Source: Eledone cirrhosa (taxonomy: Eukaryota). Taken from it: DNA of 64,000 bases. A program made the translations under genes and the position numbers. The notes under the pieces were generated by a model, which was not told where the DNA came from, did no database searches, and saw only the letters and a program-made list of their open reading frames with translations. Where the stretch lies: the NCBI GenBank assembly GCA_964016885.1, contig OZ024740.1, forward strand, positions 200,818,001 through 200,882,000. The letters run 5' to 3'. This document shows positions 29,191 through 44,554 of this stretch, piece by piece (the stretch's first letter is position 1; every line of letters begins with the position of its first letter).

Positions 29191-30463
29191 GGAAATCAAC
29201 TCCATTACTTGATCGGTACTTTATTTATCGACCACGAAAAATGTAAGTTGATGTTGACTTGGGTGACACTGGAGCAGAAACGAATACTGCATAGCATCCC
29301 ATCCGATCCGATTTTATAATGACTGTTTCAACCCTCTCCCCTTCCCCACCTACGTAATAAATTAATAAATATGTAAATCAATGAAATACAAAACAAATAA
29401 CCATGAATACGTTGTCAAGAAATTGATAAAATATTATTCCCATGTCAAGTGTCAAATATCTTCGCACTGAATGAATCCACCCCCCACCCACCCCCACCAT
29501 AAAAAAGAAATGATTTGAACCATAAAAAACCGCGATATCTCCTCTGATGCTGTTGTGATTTCGCTTACAATGAGATAATTCTTTATATCTGATTACCTCT
29601 ATTAAAATATTGATCACATTCTCTTAACATTGACTCTCAGATTTTCCGTAATAACTGCAGCACTCCCATTGGTCACATTCTTTTATTCCATCCCATTATT
29701 AGAAATCCAAGTTTTTCTCTTTATCTTCCTCGTCCTCTTCTTCTCTATTTAGGCATTAATGTCTAAATATATCGATTTCTACACTGCACAACCACGAGAA
29801 CACGAACGCATGCGAGCACACGCAGAGACACACACATATACAGACTCACACATAAACGTCTGCCCACACACGCATACACACACACATATATGCATATATA
29901 TTCATATACCATAGATACATATATACATACATACTTCTTAACACAGACACGTATATACGTACATACATGGTGGCTGCCAACTCGTTTTCGAGTACGGCCA
30001 CTACTTTATATCCATGTAAGAGAACCCCTACCGATGTGCTGAACGAGTGTGACTTTTAACGAGCTGACTTGAATACTCTGGTACAAACACTACACTTGTG
30101 ACAATTATTGACATATAGTGCTGGGCCCATGGTACCATGTGACGACAAGTGCAGAGAGATCACCAGATATAAAGCAATGCCTGTGCCCTGAAGCTTTTAT
30201 AGTGAGCAAAGGCACTGCACAAAGCCAGTCCCACTCTCTTAACCAAGATGATATTTACCAAAAAGAAGAATAAGTTAACATCATTGGATACCATCAGGGT
30301 TGCAGGTGTTATATCAGAGTTTTCCTTCTCCTAGAATTCTGCCTTGACAAAGGCTAAGGGGTCATCTCGCCCGGTGATTTTGGATGGCCATTGACTCTTA
30401 AGAGCTCCTTTGCCCTTTGATAGGTTTTGTTTTTAGTCCTGCAGGATGTCCAAAGTCACCCTC

Positions 30464-30533
<70 letters not shown>

Positions 30534-33500
30534 CATACATACATACATACATACATACATACATACATACATACAAACATACATATACATGTATGTGTGC
30601 GTGTGTGTGTGTGAGCGTGCGCACGAGTATGTTTTTGTGAGTGTGTAATAGAGGCAAACCAATTAAAAGGGCCGAACCAGAGAACAACACATTATAAAAG
30701 TAATAAACGTTTCGCCCTCTGGGTTTTCATCGGAAATGAAAATTTAAAAAGAAAAGTGCATTGTTTTGGAGGGAGAAAGAAATGGAAGACAGGCAGAAAA
30801 GGATAAAACTCGTGGTTAAATGTTATGCCAAGGTTAACTAACTCTAAGATAGCTGACAATTCCCACTTATCCGAGTTTTGCTGGTCTCCTACGAGATTGC
30901 AAGATAGCGAAACTAAGAATCTGAGCCTTGACAATGTGATCGTAACTCCAGCAGACTGTCCAATAGACTATATGTCATACTAATTGGATACCTATCTTTC
31001 TATTTTAATGATAAATCAAACATAATTTAACAATGTACACACATCATAATACATGCTTTTTCTTCAGAAATTCGTGACAAATGTCTGTAGAGTTCATGTA
31101 AATGTTTCTTTACCTATACGTCTCATTGAGTTGGAATTAATTAGTAATGCATTAAGGAAATGAAAAAGTAACAGTACTAATCGTCAGAGCTGTCCAAGAA
31201 AGCAATATGCCCATTGATATTTCCGTTACTGATATTATCCGCCGGTGAACGCTGCTATTAGAATGACTAGCAGAAAACCACCCTTTGGCTGATTTTCTGC
31301 TAGCATGTGTAGTGTGTATATTGATATTATACGCAAGTAGATATTATACATGTAGATATGATACGTCAAATAAAATCGTAATTAAAGAGAGTCTGTGTTA
31401 CACTTTCTTATGTAATCAGTAACGTAATTCATGATACATTAAAAACAGAAGATATTATATATAAATTGCCTTAGGAGAAAATTAGTGACAGAAAATAAAT
31501 ATGTTTATTTAAGCGATCGCCACCAGAAGTGTAGACATTTGAAAATGTTAAATAAGTGAATCTTTAAATAAATAAAATATATTTAAGGAACAGCCACGAA
31601 ATTTAGTAGATAAATTATGTAATATTCATTCATTATTTATTCAAAGTAATCCAACTTATTTTACTAATGGGAAAAACAATTATAAACCGTACGCAGTCCC
31701 GCGTTTCTTACTTTATTATAGTTTAGATGAGCGATGTGATCCCAGAACGCACAAAAATTGATCAGGTACACAAAAGTGTCTTATATGGCTCTTTAACAAT
31801 GCTGGCAATCCACTGCTCTAGACCTGGTTCTTTATTTATCAACAACGAAAGGATGAAAGACAAAATGACCTTCAGTGGGAGTTGAACTCCAAGTACAGAC
31901 GTGTATGTAGAAATAAATACCGACGCATTTAATCCGGTGCCCTCATAACTATGCCAATTTGCCGCCGTAAAATACTCCTGTATTATAGAACGAGCTAATG
32001 GGTTATACATCAAATTTGAGGGTGATAATTCACTTAGTTGTTCAACTGTACGTATACGTGGTCATATATTCCATAGATGTGTTTACTTTGGATATAATTC
32101 TCATGCAGAATCGGCGTGAACCAATATGTGATAACGCTGGATGCTTCAATTGCATGTACAATCCATCCTATGGACTTCTACAGTGTCCGTCTACCCAATT
32201 TCCATCAAGATTGGGTCAACACAAGGCTATGATAAAGATATTTGCCCACGATGCCACACAGTTGGGTCAAATACAGGACCTCATGAAAGTGAGGTGCACT
32301 AGACCTTTCATTATTGCTTTCATTCAATTATATGTGTTACACAACTGGAATACAAAACATCAATGTGAGGAGGGCGATTCCACGAACTGCGCGGAGAAGG
32401 ATGCATAGGCTGAAGAGGAGATAGAAAGACGACATAAAAAAGACATGAAAGTGATCAGAGGAGATAAATGCCTGTTTGGACAAGGATTGCAACGGACAGG
32501 AATGAACAGTAAATCAAATGTTACGGTGAACACTCTTGATAAATATACCACGCAGTGAATCGAACCCATGACCTCATGATTTCGAATCAAAAGTTGTACT
32601 TCTACAGTAATATTTGCGTCAATTATACATCGATTGCCATGGGGTTAATAGCATTTCATATCAGTCTCTCTGACATCACATTTATTATAGCCTTGATCTC
32701 TATTGTAATGTTTTTAGATCATGCTTAGCTTTTGTTCCATATTATTTTTATTTTTTGGAAATTATAAGATTATTAAAAGACGATTTTCCTGCATCTTTTA
32801 TATTAAAAGAATCTTCGAGATTTTTAATTTTCAGGCAATTTATTTGCTGAATCGGAATTGAGGCGAAGTATGCTTAGCATGCTGTGTGTCTGAAAATCGA
32901 TAAGACTAGAAATAATAATGCAGAAAATGATATTTGTAAAGCTTTTTCTACACTGCCTATTCATTTCTTTACTTCGTCAAGTAGTGTCGAGGAATATTCT
33001 AAAGATCATTAACTCCGAAACAAAATGGAGAACTCTATAATCTATGCATATTCCATGTTGATTAATATCGCATGAATTATGGTCAGTTTATTTGACTGAT
33101 GAATAAGGCTTATACTTTAAGTTATTTTTACTAGCGCCGTAATATATTGGTTAACGCGGCCGTTCTGTAGCTAATTCTGAAGCTGTGGCTGTATAACTCC
33201 TTATATATATTTAACGACTCAGGAGTAAACAATTTGACATTACTTTATGAATAACTTTTTTTTTATTCAAAACAATTTTTAGTTAGGTGAAATTATCCAT
33301 GTTTCGAGTATAGCAAGGGGCTGGCCTTATCACTGCTCGAATCTCTCTGAGAGATACACATTGACGTCCATTTAGAGCCGACATTTGTGTATTTAGCGCC
33401 CTATCCTAGCACTACATTGTGCACTCCATTCTCCCAATTAAAATGATTTCAACTTACAATTTGGTACGCTGACGAAAATAGTTTTTGTCACTTCTTACTC

Positions 33501-35089
33501 TGACCACATAGAAAATTAGTAAGACTGCATTTCTACTAGTGTCCACATTCAGCCTCGCCAAATCATGTGACAGATCATAACACTAAACAAAAAGAGAATC
33601 CATTTGAATTGTTCACTCTTTCGTTTTTAATCAAGGGTGGAAACATCCTGAGTCCCAGAACCACATCCATACTTACTCCGATCAGGATAGAGAGGGCCAT
33701 TTGGACAGAATCTTTCAACGCCTTGCAGTCGCCATCTTACGGTGTATGTAACCCATCCATGACGCACAAAAACGTGAATATTAAGCACAAAAAACATGAA
33801 TATTTTCTTCATTACAGAATTTATTCAACTAAACTACGATAAAGTGTATTTGATATCAACCAAAATACATACATATACCGTTGTATCGTATTCGTATATT
33901 TGTTAGAGAGTAATTTTAAATATCTCGATAAATATATCTGCGTTATAGGTATTCAAATCTCTCCGAGCTCAATATTTTCGGGGTTGATAAATGAAGTTCC
34001 AACCCAGGAACAGTGGATTGGTGGAACTATTAAAGAGTAGGCGAAGTGCTTTGCATTATCATATCCGCTTCGTTGCATTGTCAGTTCATATCCCGCCATT
34101 TTCTTCTAGGAGTTGTGACTCACAGATAGTAACATCAATGGAGACATTAAAAGAAACCTAGTTTCCTCGGTCCGATCTGATAATCGACTCCTTTCCTTTC
34201 CTGTTATATCATTGCATTTGGATTTTGTTTGTTTATATGATGGAAACAACACTGAGCAGTTCTATTCGAAAACAGACACTTAAGCCATACTATATATCAC
34301 ACTATAAACATCCAACATCCATTAATGATAATCAAAAGCAAAGAGAACCTGAATCGAAGGGTAGTCGCTGGCCACAATTAATTAAACGCTGTGATAAGAC
34401 AGCAAGGATGCCATGGTTAAATGTAATTAAAGGTGAAGTATATGATGCATGATTAAATAATTGATGCAAAAACTAGTAAATGACAACGGCGATTCGAATA
34501 ATTAATCTCAATGTTTGTGCCAACAGATATGGAAGGAATTATTGAAGCTATATAATATATTGTCTTTTGTTGTTTGATATCATCAACAGGTTCGAAACTA
34601 AAGCAATTACTGGAGAATCATAATTCTTCGAGATATGTTTAAAAACAAAATGTTCATGCATACAAAGTCGGAAATTATTATTTAATGCAGTTGAGTGATA
34701 GAACTGTTGAGGCGGCCTAACAAATGCACCCATCCCTTTTAGATCTGGTTGAGTTCACCCATCTCCTGGTCTGAACAAAGTAGATTACTTCGAGAAAGAA
34801 AGAGAGAATCAATGTGAGATAGGGGAAATAGCGACGACAATATTGGATTGGTAATTTATGTATTAATATTGAAAGAATGAATGAGAAACAAATTGACCTC
34901 AGGTAGGATTTGAACTCATAGCATAGAACGCGAAGGAAGAGTGCAAAACATTGTACCCGGTGTTTTAATGACTCCGCTAATTTGCTGTCTTAGACAAATG
35001 CATACGTCTATTCAATTTAATCTCTTTATAATTCTGAGTTCAAGACCCTGCCTTTCCTTATTTGTCCACTGTTGATGTTATGTGTATCA

Positions 35090-35300
35090 AGGGTGGTGGG
35101 TTGGCAGTATCGGTAGAGCGTCGGACAGTCTGATTTGCACATAGAGTTACGTCCCTTTACGTTCTGAGTTCAAATCACGCCGAGGTTAGCTTTGCCTTTC
35201 ATCCTTACGGGGGTCGATAATATAAACTATCAGTAACGCACAGGGGTCGATTTAATCCACTTTCCTCTCCTCCAAAATTGTTGACCTTATGACTGAGAAA
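35090..35300 (+). mobile_element. Full SINE family 1 copy (tRNA head + Meta-like domain); further copies near 26600-26980, 29190-29320, 31740-31970, 34850-34990, 36060-36260, 40490-40570, 49135-49235, 50245-50395, 52620-52870
   Basis: tggcagtatcgg A-box, gagttcaaatc B-box, and a gcctttcatccttacgggggtcgataa core shared across copies. Confidence 0.85.
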
Positions 35301-36469
35301 CCCATATGTGTATCAATTATAACTATAGTCATTTAATACACATTGCTAATAGTTTGTCAACGTACGACAGCATTATTGTAATTATGTGATAACAGTTCAA
35401 TGTGAGCTTTTACTGTATCAATATGTGCGCATCAGTGCTTTTCAGAAATGTACATTATTTTAGGCAGTGTGAGAGTGTTTGTATGTTAGCAGTCCTGCCA
35501 ACCTATAAAAACTCAAACGAGGAGTACAATGAAAAACAGTGCCCCAAAACGAGGAGAAATGAGGGAAAATGGGGAGATTTTACATGATGAAAGCTATACC
35601 CATTTTTACAAGTGAAGACATCTCTCACCCACCCAAAAGTGGGTGTAAGATCTCCCCGTTGGACGGGGAGAGGTGACGGGTCTGATTACATTTAATTTCA
35701 TGTTATATTGTTAATATATGGACGTAGCATGGCCAAATGGTTAAGAAGTTAGATCCCACTTTATTCAATTTACCCAAAATTGGGGAGACAGAAACTGTTT
35801 GGTACCCCGTCAAGTGGAATGTACCTGCAATTCACGTTGTCATCATACAGTCATGCGGTATCTCCCTGAAAATTACATTAAGGTTACACGTATCTGTGGA
35901 ATACCATTTACGCATTCATTTCATGAGCAGACTTCGTTTTTATCGAACAACTGGAAAACACATCATCGAAACTGACACAACAAAGTTTACAATACAGTGT
36001 TGTTATATAATATAGTTTATAATACATTATACCTAAACACTTTAGGTTATAATGGATTGTGATTTAGGCACAAGGCCAACAATTCTGAGGGGTGGAGAAA
36101 GTGGATTAAATTGACCCCAGTGCATTACTGGTGCTTAATTTTATCGCCCCCGTAAGGATGAAAGACGAAGTTAACCTCAACGGGATTTGAATTCAGAACG
36201 TAAATGACCGTAATTATATGTCGCAAAGCATGCTATTCGACGCTCTGCCAAGCCACCACTCTACTATTGGTTATAATACAGTGTATTTATAAGATATATT
36301 TATATAGGTAAAAAAAAATTTACTTGAATATGTTAGTTCATAATAGAGTGTACTTGTACTATACTGTTTGTAATAGTGTACATAGTGTCTATAATTCATG
36401 ATAAAATGTAGTGATACAATACAATAGTGTTTGTTTAAAGTATAGATTATAATATAATGGACCAAAGAA

Positions 36470-36856
36470 GACTTCTTCGCCAACTTATTCCTGGGAGGGT
36501 CGTGGCGGAAGAGCCCTCAAACACTCCTTACAGCGGGTCCTGTCAGACACAACCATCGCCAATTGATCTGGCTGGATCCCCAAGCGTAACTAGCCAGGCT
36601 CATGGATGTTATCCAACCATCTTGCTCGGAGTCTACACCTGGGTCTCTTACCGGTTGGTTTTACCCGTAAAATCTGTCATGTGATTCTTTCCTGAAACAT
36701 TCTAGCCACATGTCCATAGTATTGGAGTTGTGATCTTTCAATTCGGAGAAGTAGCGGCTCTACCTGGAGTGACACTCTGATCTCCGAGATACACACTCTG
36801 TCGAGTAACGTTACTCCAAAGACCCCTCGGAGAAATCCCATTTCGACCGCTTCATA
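36470..36856 (-). mobile_element. RTE-clade LINE 3' fragment
   Basis: Minus-strand translation: EMGFLRGVFGVTLLDRV..SEIR..LQVEPLLLRIERSQLQYYGHVARM...GKRPR.R.RARWLDNI. Confidence 0.85.
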
Positions 36857-37269
36857 TAAAGTACCTATACAATTTAGTTTATAATAGAGTGTAATTATAC
36901 GATATTGGTTTAATTCAGTGTAATATAGGTTGGTTCAGTTTAGATATGCCTATTATTAGATATGGCTATCTAATAATAGGCATAACTAAAATACCAATAT
37001 ATCTACTGGTGTATTATGTTTCTGAGCAGATTGGATAAACAGAAATAACCAGCTACTGATTGAAGAGTCATGAAGTTTGTGATAGTTATTTGGCTAGTTT
37101 CAATCATTAGACGGCGGTCATGTGGCCGCATCGTTTTCAAGGGAATTAGACGATCAAATCTGGTACTCAATTTATCGATCTCTGTTTTATAGAATTGCTA
37201 AGTTAGGCGATATAAACACAAAAACACAAACACCAACACATAAAAACACACATGGACACACAATATGTA

Positions 37270-37467
37270 TGCGAGAGTCGGCTGAGAAGTTCACAGACTA
37301 AGATACTACCAAAGAATGAACAAATAAGGTTTACTTTTCAACTTAGTCCTTGGAAGGAAACACTGTAGTTATTTATAAGAAGAGTTGAAATTAATGTATG
37401 CAGGATTCCACCACTCTAGCATTAATCTTTCATAGTCAGCCTATGAAATTTTCAGCCGAACCTCGTA
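37270..37467. mobile_element. Mariner-type MITE
   Basis: Imperfect ~30-bp TIRs tgcgagagtcggctgagaagttcacagact and agcctatgaaattttcagccgaacctcgta in TA context. Confidence 0.7.
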
Positions 37468-37624
37468 TACATGTATATATATATATAAAATGGTCGACTG
37501 AATATGCACGTGTGTTTTTCTTCTCCCTATTTATTTTTCTAATTTTCCCTGTTCTTTAATTTTCCCTGTTCTTTCTTGTCATCACTCTTTACTTTTTATT
37601 TAGCTTCTATTTTTTCTAACTCTA

Positions 37625-37660
37625 TCTTCTGACGAAGGACTAGTGTCCGAAACGTTAAGA
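37625..37660 (+). ncRNA. Minimal type I hammerhead ribozyme
   Basis: tctt-CTGACGA-a-ggac-tagt-gtcc-GAAA-cg-TT-aaga; stem III region is the palindrome AACGTT. Confidence 0.8.
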
Positions 37661-39051
37661 CTATCTTCATGCTATTTCAAGCATTAAACTAATATATTTC
37701 TTCCATGTACTGTGCCGTTTGTTTTGTTATTTTTGTTTTTTCTCTTTACCATTTACATCTGTGTGTGTGTGTATGTGTGTGTGTGTATGTTCGTGCGTGT
37801 GTGTGTGTGTGCGCCTGTGTGTGTTTGCGTGCGCGTGTGTGTGTGGGGGCGTGTGTGTGTGCGTGCGCGTGTGTGTGTGTGACAGGATTTTGCAATTTCC
37901 GTCCATCACATTCCACTTACAATGCATAGTCAACCCGAGGCTATTAGTAGAAGCCACTTGCCACAGACACCACGCAGTGAGACTGAATGTGGATCTACAT
38001 GGCTACCAAGCGAACTACTAACTATATAGACAAGCCTGCACATACATTTTTTTTCTTTTTCGAATTGTAGCTAATCATTGATGTTGTGCAGTTAAAATGC
38101 TATCTTCCGTTTTTGCCTTTAGTCCAAGCTGTATGAGCCATTGTTAGCTTTAATGTTGTCTCATTTCCTCTCTGTGGAGCTCTGCAGGATATTGTCCATG
38201 ACCAGGATGTTATCTCCATTTTATTTTACTACTATTTTATAAAGTTCTATTTTGAATTTATTTATCTTTTGTTATTTTAAAAGTTTCTGTTTCTTTGATC
38301 TTCTCTAAACATTTATCCTTAGTCTACTTAGATTCTAGTTTGTCCTTTATTGTTTCCTTTCATATACAGTCATGCTGTCCTATTATACGCTCGTTTCCCA
38401 TTAAGTAGTATTCAACACCAATTGTACTTACATTGTATTAATCTTAGCAGAGCTAAATGGTTACCAAGTTTATTTCACAATCATACTTTCTCGGCATCGA
38501 ATCTGACTACCTGGTATCTTCAACTAATATCGTTTACCATAGCGTCAGCTATAATGAAATTGAGCCAACGGAAACTATTTAGAAGACCATCGGCAGGGAG
38601 GGGCTATAGAGGAATTGTGAAGGGCCAGGCTTGTCACGTGTTGTGTTACGATGAATATCGCCGAGAATTACGTTAATGGTACAAGTGTCTGTGGACGTAG
38701 CCAGATTAAAATGACACACAATATACTAAACAATTATTTCATTTCAACAGATGGACGTTGTGCAATATAGTACATAGAAGCATACTAAGATGGTCATACA
38801 TAGACACAGTTATGTATATGAGTTGTGGTAAATAAATATACATATGCATCAGGTCCGAACACAAAGGAACAAAACCTCCCACTGTCAATGACTCCAACTT
38901 TCCCGCTCTCCCCTGACGTGCATTCCATTTAATACTACTCCATTCATTATTAACAGTTCCATTTCTCTGCCGAAAATAGTTATATCCTAGCCCTACCAGT
39001 TTATATATTTTGAATTAGAATGCAGTTGTCTTCTACTATAGCTATGAATCG

Positions 39052-39098
<47 letters not shown>

Positions 39099-39320
39099 AT
39101 TACTAAGATGAATAAAGTTGTCGTGTCTGAGAAAATTACAGACACGCGCCATATCGCCTGCAAAGAAAACTCAAAGAAAAAATTCATAGAAAATATTCCG
39201 AGCTCTTATTATAAATTCAAAAACGAATGACATATATAAATATATCAAACATTAAAACGGGAGATAAATTATCTCCTGTTTTCATGTTTCATATATTTAT
39301 GTTTTATTCGTTGTTAAATT

Positions 39321-39399
<79 letters not shown>

Positions 39400-39568
39400 G
39401 AATGAGAGAGAGGTAGATAGAAAGATAGATAGGTATATCAGTGTTATGCAATAAATGTTATTCCGACTCTTCTGAGTTGTGATGCTTTATATAATAGTTT
39501 TGTAAATTTATCTCTGTCTATCTCTCTTCCCCTCCCTCTCTCTCGCTCTCTCTCTCTCTCTCACTCTT

Positions 39569-39626
<58 letters not shown>

Positions 39627-39733
39627 AAGATGGTTTCAGTAAGAACTGGTTAGATCATTACTCACCAAAGTACTCGATACTAGGGGTAGTAGAGTATGGT
39701 TATAAGAATGATATATATATATATATATATATA

Positions 39734-39917
<184 letters not shown>

Positions 39918-40688
39918 CGTGTGGCTAAGTGTTTAGAGAATTGGATTCGCAATCGTAAGGTTGTGAGTTTGATTCCTGGACCAGGCGATGCGTTATGTCC
40001 TTGAGCAAGACACTTTATTTCACGTTGCTCCTTCTACCTGGAGTTGCGACCGATAGATAGTATTAGCAATTGGAAAGACCAACGGGAACATTGTTTCCTC
40101 GGTCCGATTTGACGAAAGTCGATGGTTTAAAAAAGAATATATATATATATTAGTTTTGCGAGGTTTTTTATATGAAATCGTGTGTCGAAACAAATATTGT
40201 TATACTTGGGGAGGGTCATATTTGTGTAATATTGCCAGAATCAATAACAGAACACACTCACTGTTTGGTTGGTTTTCGCTTTTCGCTTCTGTGTCTTTTA
40301 TATCGGTAATCTAAATTATTCGGTCCTCAATGTTGCCATTGACTGACCAACGGTCAAAAATAATACATATACAAAATAGACACAAACACATATATATAGT
40401 TTATCAAAGTTCTTTCGTTGCACATCTGCAACATCGTCAGTGGTGCTATTGTTTCCTCCCGTTACATTGTATGTCTACGCCATTTTTATTTAGTCTTACG
40501 GGGTCGATAAAATAAAGTACCAGTAATGCACTGGTTAATTGCTGGCCTTGTGCCTAACGTAGAAACAATTATTATTATCATTACTATTATTATTATTACA
40601 TTCTGCTTAGTATTACACCTCTATACTTACTGGAAACTATGCATCGAGTGCTCACTGTGGTGAACCTACAGTAACTGGACGTTACAAT

Positions 40689-40736
<48 letters not shown>

Positions 40737-41019
40737 TATTAAAAAAATGATTGACTCTGTTTTCCGTTTATTTTTCACCGAAAGTAGTTTTTGAATGCAT
40801 CTTCTCGTTTCATGATATCCGGATTACATTGAGTTCTTCATGCGGATTGGACACTACTGTAAACTTTTGGTAGATTTATCTACATACTTTGCTCCTATTT
40901 TCACGGGGATATTCTTATTTTTGTATTGTATGTGTATGTAGATTTATATATATATATATATATATACATATATGTGTATGGCTTTATAACTCCATATACA
41001 AATAGTTGAGCTCTTTTTC

Positions 41020-42786
41020 TTGTCCATTATCCATATCACAATGGAAAAACAATACTTGGGAACTTCTTTAAAGAATATACCATTACCTTCTAAGGATGAT
41101 TTCTTACTTCTTATGATACAAAAAACCAACCAATTTATCAGAAGAGTCAGATGGAGGGCCTACCACTTCGATAAAAAATCAAAATGTACAGATAGGAAAT
41201 ATCTGTATGATTTCACGACATATAAAAATCCACCACACAACTCTTTACTTGAAAACTTTGAGAAAGACCTTTTTAATTTAATCAAACACCTCAAATTTAA
41301 GAGGTATAAATCTAACTTTCAAAAGGACCTTGATTCTACCCTATTGGACCTAAAAAAATCTAAAAAAATCCATGTCCACTCGGACAAAACTGGAAACCTA
41401 TATCACATGGATATTGAAAATTACAATGAGTTCATATATAAAGAACTCAGGAAAAATTATAGAAAAACAAACAATGCGTCACTTACCAATATCAACAACA
41501 AAACACACAGCATAGTGAATAGACTTAATATTGAAGATAGAACTGAACCTTTGGCATTGAAAAGACCACACTTCAACCTGAAAGATCATAAATCAAACTT
41601 TAACTCTAATCCTTCTATAAGACTTATATGCCCTTCCAAATCTGATATTGGAATAATTAGTAAAAAAAATTTAGATAGAGTCATCCCACAAATAAGAAAA
41701 CATGTTAATTTACCACTCTGGGAAAACACATCCCAGGTAATTAACTGGTTTAATAATATTAGATATAATTCCTCTGCTTCATTTCTACAATTTGATATAG
41801 ATAATTACTATTCATCTATATCACCTATACTCCTGAACAAAGCCTTGATATTTGCTAAAAATAGATCTAACTTAACTTTGGATGACATTAATATTATTAC
41901 ACATGCTAGACTAACACTACTGGAATTTCAGAATGAATAATGGACCAGAAACACATATAGTAATCTTTCTGATATTACTATGGGCTCAAGCGATTCTGCC
42001 CAAATTACTGATCTTGTGGGCCTCTTTCTTCTTTTTAACATAAATGCTTCCTTTCCCCACCTTAAAGGTGGTTTATATCGTGACGACTGTCTTCTTCTTT
42101 CCAATAACCTTAGCCTCTCAGAGATAGAAAAAAATAAAAAGCTTATTAGAACTTTCCTTAAAGACTATTATAGTCTAGATATTACATTTGAAAACACAAG
42201 TAAAGTAGTTAATTTCCTAGATATAACATTAGACTTATCTACGGGTATCTACCAACCTTACCATAAACCCAACCAAAATTTACACTACATACACTCACAA
42301 TCTAATCACCCTAAATCTATCCTTAAAAACCTTGCATATAATATATCACTTAGAATTTCTAACCTTTCGTCTAACCAAGATGTATTTGATAAAAATGCGA
42401 CCTTTTATAACGAAGTTCTAGCTAGAAGTGGCCACAAAAATAGATTAGTATATATACCTTCTACCAATAACACTACAAACATACAACCTAATATTACCAA
42501 CAAACACCAAATGAAACGTACACACCTAAATGCCACTCACACTATACCCCAAAATACCAACATAAAACCAAATTTCTCTAACTCTTCTAATATACAGTAT
42601 AGTAACTCTCAAAAAACTACTCATCCTACAACTCTAATAAATGTTAATAATAAAACTCCTAATAAACAAGCTAAAACACCTAAATCAATAAATCTAACTA
42701 AAAATGTGTGCGGAGAGGTCATTAACAATAATTCTCCTAGTAAACATCAGGATGCATCCTATAAAAACAATAACATTCTATCATGA
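41020..42786 (+). pseudogene. Naiad-like PLE reverse transcriptase with one in-frame TAA at 41938-41940; its own GIY-YIG is not seen
   Basis: SLKNIPLP, FIRRVRWRA, DKTGNLY, LKDHKSNF...RLICPSKSDIG, FLQFDIDNYYSSIS, MGSSDSAQITDLVG, GLYRDD, NFLDITLDL, YIHSQSNHP. Confidence 0.9.
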
Positions 42787-44554
42787 AATACCGTCAAATA
42801 TAGACCACAACATCATGAAGAAGATCAACAACCTGGCTTCAAAATACCACAACTCATTTACTGATAAGGAAAGAGACTACATCACCAATTTTGAGCCGAA
42901 ACCCAGCAACCTGTATGGCCTACCGAAAGTTCACAAGTCAAAAGAAATACAACTGGCAGTAAGAGAACAAAACAGTGAGTACATTAAATTATTACACCCA
43001 AAAGACTTAAAACTTAGACCTATTATAGCTGGTCCAACAAGCCCCACTCACCGTCTAAGCAACTTTGTTGACATTATATTGAAACCACTATGTATTCACA
43101 TACCCAGTTTCATCCGGGATGATATCGACTTCCTGTCCCATCTTCCCAAAACCACGGAAACGAATTCACTTCTACTCAGTTTTGATGTGGTAAGCCTTTA
43201 CACCAACATTACACATGATTTAGGAATAAAGGCGGTTAAATACTGGGTGGAAAAACATAGAGAAGTGATTCCCATTAGATTCACAGCGCCATTTATATTA
43301 GACGCAGTTAAACTTATTCTGGAAAACAACACTTTCTTCTTCAATGGAAAGAATTACATCCAAATTAGAGGCACAGCGATGGGAACGAAGTGTGATCCCG
43401 TTTACGCGAACTCTGTAATGGGATACTTAGAACAACAACTCTACCAAGAAATAGAGGAAAAATATAGTACTGACTTTAGAAAGTACATTGAAAAATCTTG
43501 GAAGAGATTCCTTGACGACTGTTTCATCATCTGGACAGAATCTCTAGATACTCTGGATGAGTTCAATATCCTCCTGAATAACCTACACCCATCTCTCCAA
43601 TTCACAAAAGAGATGAGTAGGACCAAATTACCATTCCTAGATATAATGATAATCAAAAACGACACCACCATTACCACGGATATATATTATAAACACACAG
43701 ACATCCATCAATATCTGAATTTTAAGTCGTGCCATCCACCTCATACAAAACGCAACATCCCATACTGCCTAGCCAGAAGAATTTGAACCATTGTAGAAGA
43801 TACGAATACCAGGTACAAACGCCTAACAGAACTAAGAGAATTTTTGCTCAAACAAAAATACCCATCTCTACTTATAGAAAATGGCATACAGCGGGCTATA
43901 AAAATACCTATACAACAACTTAGAACAACCCAAGGAAGAAGAAACCAAGAACTAGTCATACCATTTATAATGCCACACAACCCATGTCACCAGAATATAT
44001 TCAACACTGCCAAAGCAAACCTACCGATCATTGCTCAAAGTAATGAATTAAAAGGCTTAATCACAGATCGATCTTTGACTCTTAGTAAAAGACAGCCAAA
44101 AAATTTGAAGCAATTGTTAACAAAAGCAAAGTGTGACCTTAACAACAAAGACCAATCATTCACTGTATCTAAATGCAATGATAATCGATGCGGCACATGT
44201 CAATCCATACACGCCGGTCAATATATGAAAACAAAAACTGGAAAAATATTCCCAAATGCAAATATGAACTGCAAAAGCAGAAATCTAATTTACTGCATTA
44301 AATGCCCGAATTGTGAAGAAATATATGTCGGTCAAACTGGAAATGCACTATCGGAACGTGCACGGGTACACCGTCAACAAATCAGAGACCCAAATGTCCG
44401 TCAGATACCCCTAAGCGGCCACCTGGCAACATGTGGTCAGGGAATATTTATAATATTCCCATTCTACAAATTACACAGCCCAAGTGAAATCAAGAGAAAA
44501 ATCAAAGAAAAGAATTTTATTGATAAATTCAAACCCAAGCTAAATGAACAATAA
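42704..44554 (+). pseudogene. Nested 5'-truncated Neptune-like PLE RT + GIY-YIG; single frame with one internal TGA at 43784-43786
   Basis: LYGLPKVHK, LRPIIAG, FDVVSLYTNI, GTAMGT, WKRFLDDCF, LPFLDI, CxxxRCxTC, NLIYCIKCPNC..YVGQTG. ORFs 42704..43786 and 43844..44554 share the same frame. Confidence 0.92.

Noticed and set aside
29965-30447. Possible exon or LINE ORF
   Set aside because: No protein motif found; it shares only a diverged ~60-bp stretch with 18648-18710, so it is left as an unclassified old repeat.
33600-33800. Possible host exon (stop-poor in several frames; GTAAGT on the minus strand)
   Set aside because: There is no convincing acceptor/donor pair and no recognisable protein motif.
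41938-41940. Selenocysteine in the Naiad RT
   Set aside because: The in-frame stop is TAA, not TGA, so it is an ordinary nonsense mutation.
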